Shown: piece by piece, positions 36,985 to 47,104 of the stretch
Numbering within the stretch: position 1 is the stretch's first letter
How the letters are laid out: each line of letters opens with the position of its first letter
Assembly: GCA_038087875.1 (NCBI GenBank)
Contig: CM075994.1
Coordinates: forward strand, 11,410,001-11,474,000
Direction of reading: 5' to 3'
Length of the DNA: 64,000 nt
DNA from: Malacoraja senta
Taxonomy: Eukaryota
The notes under the pieces: generated by a model
The model's database searches: none
What the model saw: only the letters and a program-made list of their open reading frames with translations
What the model was told of the DNA's origin: nothing
Position numbers and translations under genes: made by a program

Positions 36985-37795
36985 TCATAGAGTGACACAG
37001 TGTGGAAACAGGCCCTTTGGCCCATCTTGCCCACACCGGCTAACAATGTCCCAACTACACTAATTCCACTTGCCTGCGTTTGGTCATATCCCTCCAAACC
37101 TGTCCTATCCATGTACCTGCCTAACTGTTTCTTAAACGATGGGATAGTCCCAACCTCAACTACCTCCTCTGGCAGCTCGTTCCACACACCCACCACCCTT
37201 TGTGTGAAAAAGTTACCCTTCGGATTCCTATTAAATCTTTACCCCTTTACCTTGAACCTATGTTCTCTGGTCCTCGATTCCCCTATTCTGGCCAAAAGAC
37301 TGTGCATCTACCCGAACTATTCCTCTAATGATTTTGTACACCTCTATAAGATTTCCCCTCATCCTCCTGCGCTCCATGGAATAGAGTCCCAACTTACTCA
37401 AACTCTCCCGATAGCTCGCACCATCTAGTCCTGGCAACATCCTCATAAATCGTCTCTGTACTCCTTCCAGTTTGACATCTTCCCTATAACATGGTGCCCA
37501 GAACTGAACACGATATTCTAAATGCGGTCTCACGAACGTCTTATACAACTGCAACATGATCTCCCAACCTCTTTACTCAATACTCTGACTGATGAAGGCC
37601 AAAGTGCCAAAATACTTTTTGACCACCTGATGTACCTGCGACTCGACCTTCAAGGAACCATGCAACCATCAACCATTCCTCTGCCCACCTGGCTAATTGA
37701 TCCAGATCCTGCTGCAATCTTTCACAACCACATCCACTATCTGCAAAACCACTCACTTCTGTATCATCAGCAAACTTGTTAATCTTGCCCTGTTC
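36985..37795 (-). mobile_element. CR1 3' fragment inserted in a Penelope-tail array
   Basis: LYKTFVRPHLEY..QFWAP; flanked by tail sequence at 36951-36984 and 37797-37838. Confidence 0.85.
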
Positions 37796-37839
37796 TGTGA
37801 TGTTTCGCAGAGTGCTGGAGTAACTCAGCGGGTCAGGCT

Positions 37840-38835
37840 GAGTATAGAAGTTGGAGGTCATGTTGCATTTGGATAAGAAGTTGGTGAGGCCGCATTCAGA
37901 GTATTGTGTTCAGTTCTGGGCACCATGTTATAGGAATTATGTAATCAAACTGTAAAGGGTACAGTGAAGATTTACGAGGATGTTGCAAGGACTAGAGGGC
38001 CAGAGCTATAGGGAGAGGATGAGTAGGCTGGGACTCGATTTCATGGAGCACAGGAGAATGAGGGATGATCTAATAGAGGTGTATAAAATCATGATTTGAA
38101 TAGATCAGGTTGACTTCATACATCTATTTAATGGAGCACAGGAGGATGAGGGATGATCTAATAGAGGTGTATAAAATCATTATTTAAATAGATCAGGTCC
38201 GGGCCATACACTCATCTCCCCACTACCTTCAGGTAGAAGGTACAGGAGCCTGAAGACTGCAACGACCAGGTTCAGGAACAGCTGCTTCCCCACAGCCATC
38301 AGACTGTTAAAGTCGGCACGGACAAAACTCTGAACATTAATAGCCAATAATCTGTTTATTTGCACTTTATCAGTTTAATTATTCATGTGTGTATATATTT
38401 ATGCAATTGTATATGGACGCACTGATCTGTTCAGTATTCGTGCCTACTGTGTTCTGGTGTGCTAAAGCAAAGCAAGCATTTCATTGTCCTATCATGGACA
38501 CATGACAATAAAACTCTCTTGAACTCTCTTGAGTCTTTTGCCCAGAGTAGGTGAATCGAGGAGCAGAGGATATAAGTTTAAGATGAAGGGGAAAAGATTT
38601 AATAGGAATCTGAGGGGTATATTTTTTCACACAAAGGGTGGTAGGTGTATGGAACAAGCTGCCAGATGAGGTAATTGAGGCAGGGACTACCGCAACATTT
38701 AAGAAACAGTTAGGCAGGTGCATGGATAGGACAGGTTTGGAGGGATATGGATCAAACGTGGGCAGGTGGGACTAGTGTAGATGGGACATGCTGGGCCGAA
38801 GGGCCTGTTTCCACACTGTATCACTCTATGACTAT
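37840..38835 (+). mobile_element. CR1 3' fragment with ~88-bp local duplication and a nested Rex1 3' end (38198-38532)
   Basis: CR1 C-terminal sequence; ATGGAGCACAGGAG at 38043 and 38131; (CTCTTGAA) tail. Confidence 0.75.
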
Positions 38836-39269
38836 ATATCTTTCCCTCTCAAACCCATTCTCCTGCCCTCCCCATTACCTCTGACACCCGTATCAATCAC
38901 GAATCTATCAATCTCCTTCTGAAAAATGTCCACTTGCCTCCACAGCTGTCTGTGGCAATGAATTCCACAGTTCACCACCCTCTGCTCATATCCTTCCTAA
39001 AGGAACGTCTTTTAATTCTGAGGCTGTGGCCACTGGTCCTAGACTCTCCCACTCGTGGAAACATCCTCTCCACATCCACTCCATCCAGGCTTTTACCAGG
39101 CTGGGACATACTGCAACAGCTTCACACCATGTCCCAAAGCTCGTGTCCTGTCCTGCATCACCCAAGGCAGCAGAGACGTTGTAGGGAAGGGCAAGCACCG
39201 TCACAAAGTAGTTCACGATGGTTTGGGTGACATGCAGGAATGTCTATGCATGTCACATCATGCATATTA

Positions 39270-39426
39270 CTGAAGAAGGGGCTTGACTCGAAATATAATC
39301 TCTACCTTTTCTCCAGAGATGCTGCCTGACCCACTGAGTTACTCCAGCACTCCGTGAAACGTCACCTATCCATGTTCTCCACAGATGTTGCCTGACCCAT
39401 TGAGTTAGTCCAGCACTTTGTGTCTA
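39270..39426 (+). mobile_element. Tandem Penelope-like terminal repeats (degenerate hammerhead core in first unit)
   Basis: Two units containing AGATGYTGCCTGACCCAYTGAGTTA.TCCAGCACT. Confidence 0.7.
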
Positions 39427-39569
39427 TTTTCCCTTCATCCATCTGCCCAAGCCCACCCTCCCCCTCCTTTCCTATGTTCCTTTCCACCCATAAACCTCTC
39501 TCTGCCTTTACATTTCACTCCTCTTTCAAATCTGCTCTACTTATCTACATGCATTTTTCTTCTTAACTT

Positions 39570-39820
39570 TTTAGTCATAGAGTGGTGCAGTGTGGAAACA
39601 GGCCCTTCAGCCTAACTTGCCCACACCGACCAACATGTCCCATCTACACTAGACCCACTCACACGCGTTTGGCCCATATCCATCTAAACCTGTCCTATCC
39701 ATGTACGTGTCAAAATGTCTCTTAAATATTAGGATAGTCCCAGCCTTAACTACCTCCTCTGGCAGCTCGTTCCATACACCCACCACCCTTTGTGTGAAAA
39801 AGCTACCTCTCAGATTCCTG
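39570..39820 (-). mobile_element. CR1 3' fragment
   Basis: RNLRGSFFTQRVVGVWNELPEEVV. Confidence 0.85.
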
Positions 39821-39821
39821 T

Positions 39822-40062
39822 AAATTTCTGAAATATTGGTCATAGATTTGCTGTAAAAAAGCTCCAAAATAAGGCTCAGGATGCATCAGAGAGCATCTAA
39901 AACCCCTGAGCTTCCTGGGCCCTTAAGCGGGCCCTGGACCCTGTCATCGAGGGACTTCACGCTTCGTGCTCGTGATGTGCGCAGCGCGCACATTCTTTTA
40001 CATTATTTTTTTTGTAATCCTGTCATGCCACCCCCCATTTTGTGAAGCTTCGTACAGGCCTG
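39822..40062. mobile_element. Possible end of a hAT-type MITE
   Basis: Ends ...GCTTCGTACAGGCCTG; internal palindrome GGGCCCTTAAGCGGGCCC; partner TIR not found. Confidence 0.3.
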
Positions 40063-41765
40063 TTTACACAACCTATTCTTTGTTTCATACTAGTTTAGGA
40101 GTCGCAGGTAGTTAAACTATACAATTGCCACCTTCATTCAGATAGTAAGATGAAGATCAAGTAACAAATGTGCTGATCTGAACTGGAAACAGTAAATGCT
40201 GGAGAACCAGTATCTGTGGGACGAGCAACAGTCAACGTTCCGGTGGAGAAATATAAAAGGTTTTAGCTTCCACGTTTTTCTTTTATTCCATCACAGTAAT
40301 TTGCACTTTCCTTTCCGGCAACTGTGCAAAGATTTAATGATGTTGTAGCAGGGTAACAAAAGTTTATTTACCTATTATGGATCATATCAAGGTATGGAGT
40401 GCACTTAGAAGTCATTGAATGAATAAGGACTATAGTGGTCAAAAGAGAAGATTGTTTAGCCAGAACGCGGTGCATATTTGAAAGTCTTTGCCACAAATGG
40501 CTGTAGAGGTCAGAACATATGGTACTTTATAAACCGATAACTGGTACAAATGCCCTTGATCAGTAAGGACGTCCAAAGCTACCGAGAGAATGAAGGAGAA
40601 TGCGGTTGAGAAGGAAAGAAAATTCGCCATGATCGACTGGCAGAGTCGACGGGTCGAAAAACTTAATTGTGCTCCAATGTCTGAAAGTCTTATGGTCCAA
40701 GGAGCGTTAAATCTGAAGCAATGTCTCATCGGGTATAGTCTGCATGTAATTGTGCGTGGGAACACTTCACAAATATTGCGGCATTTAATAATATGGATGA
40801 AGGCAGTGAACAATGCCTAAATGAATTTTATTCAGGCATTTGTCAAGATCTCACAATGTAGAGCAGGCCAGTAGTCTACTTCACAGGGAGATCAATGCAA
40901 TGTTGTCATTTTTGTGATAAGGCCCCGGGGTGGTGGTGGAAGATTTATTATCTCATTAGAAAATATGCGGCCAGCGGTGGGCTTTAGATCGGTGATGGAT
41001 CTTTGCTTTTTTTCATTAAATTGCTAATTCGGTGCGTATGTTGGATATATGATCAGCGAGTTTGAGGATGACAGGAAAAACATGGATGTTGTGGACCGCG
41101 AGGAAAATTAACTGAGCTTGCAGCTGAATATCGAACAGATAGAAACCTTGACGGAACATTGCACGTGAATTTTATCCCGAGATGTGAGAAGTGAGGAATT
41201 TTGCGAAAGCAAATACTTGTGGGTAAAGAAGGCAAATGCATTGCGGCAAGGGATGCCGAGAAATGTGAAAACCGGGACGAACTGATACAGTTATATGAAA
41301 TTATATGAGGCACGTGCAGTATTGAAAGGCAAAAAGAAGAGGAACTGTGTTTAAGGTTGGATGATATCGTTGTTAAAAGCTTCCATCAGCTCAGTGGGAA
41401 AGAACATCATTTAAATATTCAGTTACCCTTGGCGTCCGTCAGGCCACAAAACGTTATTTTTACATTCCGTCTGTCTTTAATTCCACCCGGTTTATAATAT
41501 ACCATATTATACTGACTTGAACGATTTTCTGTTTCTGATGATAGACAATGGACTTCAAACTAAGTTGTCGTCATAAATGCGATGAGTAAATGGAAACAAA
41601 TATACTATTTCAATGAACGTACATTATATTTCAAAAATATCACTTTGGTTTAGTATTGGTTCATGGTAACTAAATAGGGAAACAAAATCCCAAGAAATTG
41701 TGGAAAGGGATACCACGACAAATCCTATTACATGTTACAGATATATATGTGTGCCTCGCAAATTA

Positions 41766-42712
41766 TCACTTGATTACATATTTGGATAAAGTTCGTTTTG
41801 TGTTCAAACGTTTGAATATATTAGCAATGGCAAGAAAGGGACGTGAAATTACATTCTTCAGTTCCTCTCTGAAGTGTCTCTGAGAAACTGCATAAATGAA
41901 AGTGTTTGTGCAAGTACTCAAACACCTCAGCATATAGCCACTTGTTTCCGCAATGGTGAACGAGTCGTTGTAATCTGTTTCCAATAATTGAGTATCTGTA
42001 AACTGTACACAGATGAAGCACACAAGGTTTACCATCCATAAGAAAATAAAGTTGCCAGATATTGCAACGAGTAAAATGATCGATTTCCTTCTGTTCTCAG
42101 TCTCTTGATCAGTCTGACATGCCTCTCTATTACTCCCTCGGAGCTTGCTCCTGACTCTGTTGGCCACGATAATATGCTTTATGGTCAAGGTATTAAGCAG
42201 AAGAATCAACACAAATGGCGCAAATGGGGTTAAGAGTGTTTCAAACCATAAAAACGCGACCCAGGTGGGTAATGTGTAGAAACTTGACTTTACATTACAG
42301 GACCATGGTACATCATTAATTACTTCACGTGGTTCAAATATAAAGTAGATTGGAATATTTTCTAAAATACTCAACATAAACACCGCTGTTATTACTTTCA
42401 ATGCCGTCTTCATGGTACAATATTTTGAACGCAACGACTGGCAACATATAGCAACAAATCGATCGAATGTAAAAGTGACAGTCAGCCAGACGGAACAATC
42501 GAGCGAAATATAAATCAGTGTAATAACAAAACTGCAAATGGGCGTGTAACCGAGGAATGAATGCGGAAAATATGCCTCTTTAATCTCATAGAGAATTACA
42601 CTGGAAATCAGTACCATTAGATCAGCTACCGCCATTGATTTCAGATACTGGATGACACATCTAGTGAGGCCGCACTTTCCAGATGACAGGATAAGGATTG
42701 CCACCAAATTTG
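41766..42712 (-). CDS. GPR139/GPR142-like class A GPCR, coding exon 2 (intact)
   Basis: Open 947 nt after the TTGCAG acceptor; MAVADL (TM2), TFDRFVAIC (TM3), ECL2 Cys, TM5 P, NTFIY (TM7), helix-8 FREEL. Confidence 0.93.
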
Positions 42713-43029
42713 CTGCAACCAAAAGATGAAAATTGAATTACGAACGAGAAATAACCCGCAAAATATATATTCATTTGCTTCAATTTGTCATGCGTGTACG
42801 AGTTTTTCTTGCCTATAACACTTTGGAATAACAAACTATATTACACAGGTTTACGGTTGGACCCCTTTTAATTCTCAGACTTCTCATAAAGTGAACACAC
42901 TGTTGCGCTTTGTTGTTATCGCATCTCCGTGAAGGGACTAGCTATTGTTTTGGTGATATTAATGCCACATAACACGAAATGTTGATCACATCTAGAGATG
43001 AGATGGTATTTGTCCTCTCCGCTTCCTTT

Positions 43030-43370
43030 AGTTCACACGCAACTGTGTCGCCGAGATGTTAACGGCTAGATAGTGTCCTGGCTTAATGACACTATGTACC
43101 GGATTTCCTTCCTCTATTTCGTCTCATCATTATTGTCGAAGTGCCCGTCAGCAGTGGCATCATCGGCATACATAAACACCGAGTTACCGTTGTACGTGGT
43201 CAAACACACATGGGTGTATTTGGAGTAGAGCATGGACTGAGCACACAGCTCCGAGCAGTAGCAAATATTGTGGGCTATCCTTGTAGAGACGGTAAAACCA
43301 ATTCCACGTGATAGGAGCCTGCCTGGCCTGAAGTCCAAAGCCCATTTGCAGCTGGATACCCGTCGACCAA
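43030..43370 (-). mobile_element. Old Rex1-like RT fragment in intron
   Basis: SVFMYADDATADGHFDNNDETK. Confidence 0.65.
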
Positions 43371-43589
43371 GGATGTTTAGAGATACTTATTAATTTCAGA
43401 TTTTATTTGTCACGTGTTTGGCACTCATGTTACCTTAGTTTATGTCGTGGAAACCGCGCCTCCCCACTAATAATCACACAGATTTAATTTTCGCAGTTTA
43501 TCTGCAAATGTGACATTTAGAACAATGTACATTGTTGCCCCCCTCTGCATACACACTTCTCACATTCCTCATTCTGTTCCTCTACTGTA

Positions 43590-44570
43590 ATAAATTAGCA
43601 GGGACAATCGCTAACATTTTCATGGCAACCTGCTGTCCATTTCTCTCCCCTTACACACGTACACACATTCATTTCCGATATGGCTGACCAAGCAGGCTGA
43701 CGTCTGATATCCGCTACATAGGCTGTGCGGCGGATGCGATTCACACATGAATTCGGCACACATATCATGGACCGAGGTCCAGACTTTCGAAAAGCCAGAC
43801 AACCTTTGATACTTAACATTTATCGCCAGTTTTATTTCGGTGGTGTCTTGACGCTTTTGAAATTCAGTCAATCACAGATGGCAGACGGTTGCTCCAGAGC
43901 CAACAAAAACCGGGCAACACAACTCAACGGCAGAGGCACAACCTGTCGATAAGTTCACAGCTTCAACCGTCATGATCGGCTTTCAACACAAGTACATCCC
44001 GACCCGCTCTACTGACTGACAGGTTAGCATTCTCCTGCTAAAAATTTGTAGTTTGCAAACCACTAAATGCGTGGGATCGTTGTCTATCCTGCAAGACGAA
44101 TTCATTGGGAAACATAAATGTAAGACCCATGCGCTAGAGGTCTGCGTGGGCATCCCCGGAATAACCCTGTTGGTCGTCCGACAACACGTGTTGAAGGGCT
44201 CTAGCAAGAGGTTGAATTCCGGTTTGATAATCTTGAACACTTGCAAATATGTAACCATTTAAAGAAGCAACACGATGCAATTTCTCGAGCTGTGACTGCT
44301 GTAGGTCTGATGGGTTAAATGCGAACATACGACTTCTCAGCTCAATAATGTCGAGGTACCGCAATCTAATACACTTTTGGTGATAAGCAACATCATGAGT
44401 AAAGAGAGAGCGTGCTCTTGGAAGTGATTAGGCGTTGTCTCGACCCAAACTACAAAACTTGGAGCATGCCATAATCTCCGCTACACAACTCATCGCAGTT
44501 TGCAGATGGATCCTCAACACTTTAATCACCTCTCGGCGATAAGAACAAAAATGTTAGCGATTAAAACTGG
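43590..44570 (-). mobile_element. Possible highly decayed hAT (Spin/Buster, GTF2IRD2-like) transposase
   Basis: Ordered fragments SDLQQSQLEKLH, FKIIKPEFNLLLEPFN, VWTSV, SAISEMN resemble the hAT C-terminus. Confidence 0.35.
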
Positions 44571-44591
44571 CAAAACAGTCTAAAAGCAACA

Positions 44592-44670
44592 GGTAACCCA
44601 AAACGTCACCCATTCCTTCTCTCCAGAGATGCTGCCTGTCCCGCTGAGTTACTCCAGCATTTTGTGTCTA
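44592..44670 (+). mobile_element. Short Penelope-tail insertion with 14-bp flanking direct repeat
   Basis: GTCTAAAAGCAACA at 44578-44591 and 44666-44679. Confidence 0.8.
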
Positions 44671-45614
44671 AAAGCAACAAGTGTTTTACCTTTCTACTGA
44701 ATGTCTGCTGAATGTAAAAATTAAATCTTCCTGAAATGCAACGGCGAATTTTCTTTTTCCTGCTGTCAAATCTAGGTCAAATCAGGACCATTAGACAGTT
44801 TCACTTCGTGCAACTGGTATTTAAATGTTACAATGCTTTAAAAGAAACCACGTTGCTCAGCCTCAGTAAACCGTGAGCTAATTTTAGCTGAGCATTCACA
44901 ATGGAAATAAAAGACGTGTGTTTTATGGAAACTCACCGACAGCATCCCTCGACTTGCATGTTTTATTTCGCGGTAAGTTATCAGACAGATGAGGCACCCG
45001 CGATCATAGCATGCGCACGGACTCGCACACAAGACTAACATTCTTTAGCGAGAGTTACAGAATACAGAGAACAGCGTCCATCAAACCGTTGTTTTTTTTA
45101 TTTCGGCCGTGAAGTCTAAAGTTAAAATCAGTTATGATCGATAATGCTCAGCAGCAAGCCGCCGTACGTTTACTTGTTCTTCGTATAATGAAGCTATGCA
45201 AAATCAACTGCATGGAATGAAAATAGAAAGAGCTTGAAACATCGCGTTTATATGCAGACCCCTCTTTGGAAGCGTTGAATCGGCCATTGTTCAGGTGGAC
45301 TGTGTATGAGGTGGAGAAGGAGGGCTGTTGTATCCAGTGGACTTGACTAATATAAAATATATAGAATATTATATTACTTATAAAACGTTTATATATAATT
45401 TTCCCGTCAGAGAAATTCAATCATTTTTCCACATGATTTTTAGATCCCGTACATAAGTGAGATCAGCACGATACTTTGTTTTTGACAGCACTTTGTTTGC
45501 AATAATAATTTCATAGAAATCTGTAATGTTTTCAGATATGTTTGCCATGATGTTCAATATCGTCTGTCAAGCACATCAACGTACATCTGTAAAACCATTC
45601 TCTGGCTCACCTAC

Positions 45615-45684
45615 CTGGGACTCCAATGATTGCAAGAATAGGATAGTAAATACTCTCGGTCTTCAGGAGTGCAGGCTTGTTCAT
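45615..45684 (-). CDS. GPR139/GPR142-like GPCR, coding exon 1
   Basis: MNKPALLKTESIYYPILAIIGVP(G)|GTAGG; 70 nt phase 1; joins exon 2 in frame to give 1017 nt, 338 aa. Confidence 0.9.
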
Positions 45685-45840
45685 AGTTAGTTGGAAGATG
45701 CCTTTCTAGTCAGTTCAATAGGCTCACGGATCTCCCGATTTCAAAGTTAACTCGTACTTATACTTTACAGAAACCTCAAGGGTGGAATCAACACGCTATG
45801 AGATTGTTATTATTCAATCACGATCACGTTAATTAGGTTG
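45685..45840 (-). promoter_or_regulatory. Putative 5' UTR and promoter of the intact GPCR (TATAAG 45762-45757)
   Basis: Homology and identical spacing with the 16400-16503 paralog region. Confidence 0.55.
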
Positions 45841-47104
45841 TTTGTTTCATGCCCTTCATCACTGTTAAAATGGTAGTCTGTAGAGACATGTTTCTGCTGT
45901 TGAAATCGTCAATACATCAAACATCGGTTATCAGCTTAAATATTTTTGTAAACGCTTTAATGCGGTTTCTTTTGAATTTTCTCCATTAGCTGCACCAATA
46001 AATTGCAATATGCACCCTCTCTTATGTTTTACAAGTATCATGTGCAATTAAAATCTGAGGAGATATCTATGATTATGCGAACAATTAAAATACCGAGACT
46101 ATGAATGAGTTTGAAGATGTGACAGAAATATTCACAACACATAACAAAAAAGTGGCTGTTTAGGCAATAGACAATAGGTGCATGAGTAGGCCATTCGACC
46201 CTTCGAGCCAGCAACGCCATTTAATGTGATCATGGCTGATCATACACAATCAGTACCCCGTTCCTGCCTTCTCCCCATATCCCCTAACTCCGCTATCTTT
46301 AAGAACCCTATCTAGCTCTCTGTTGAAAGTATCCAGAAAACCGTCTTCCACATACTCACAACTCTCTGTGTGAAATAATTGTTTCCTTATCTCCGTTCTA
46401 AACTGCTTACCCCTTATTCTTAAACAGTGCCCCCTGGTTCTGGAGTCCCCCAACATCGGGAATATGTTTCCTGCCTCTAGCGTGTCCAAACCCTTAATAA
46501 TCTTATATGTTTCAATAAGATCCCCTCTCACCCTTCTAAATTCCAGAATATACGAGCCCAGCCGTTCCATTCTCTTAGCATATGAGAGTCCCACCACCCC
46601 GGGAATTAATCATGTGAACCTACGCTACACTCCCTCAATAGCAAGAATGTCGTTCCTCAAATTTGGAGATCAAAACTTCACACAATACTCAGGTGTGATC
46701 TCACTAGGGGCCTGTACAACTGCAGAAGGACCTATCTGCTCCTATACTCGACTCCTCTTGTATGAAGACCAACATGCCATTCGCATTCTTCACTGCCTGC
46801 AGCACCTGCATGCTTACTTTCATTGACTGATGAACAAGGACCCCCGGATCCCGTTGTACTTCCAGTTTTCACAATTTGACACCATTTAGAGAATAATCTG
46901 CCTTCCTATTTTGCTACCAAAGAAGGATAATTTATTTATCCAAATTAAACTGCATCTGCCATGCCATCTGCCCACTCAACCAACCTGTCCAAGTCACCCT
47001 GCATTCTCATAGCATCCTCCTCACAGTTCACACTGCCACCCAGCTTTGTGTCATGTGCAAATTTGCTAATGTTACCTGTAATCCATTCATCTGAATTAAT
47101 AATA

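Noticed and set aside
42713..42722. ORF-track start of the 318-aa GPCR ORF
   Set aside because: The TTG lies in the intron polypyrimidine/acceptor region; the supported start is the ATG at 45684
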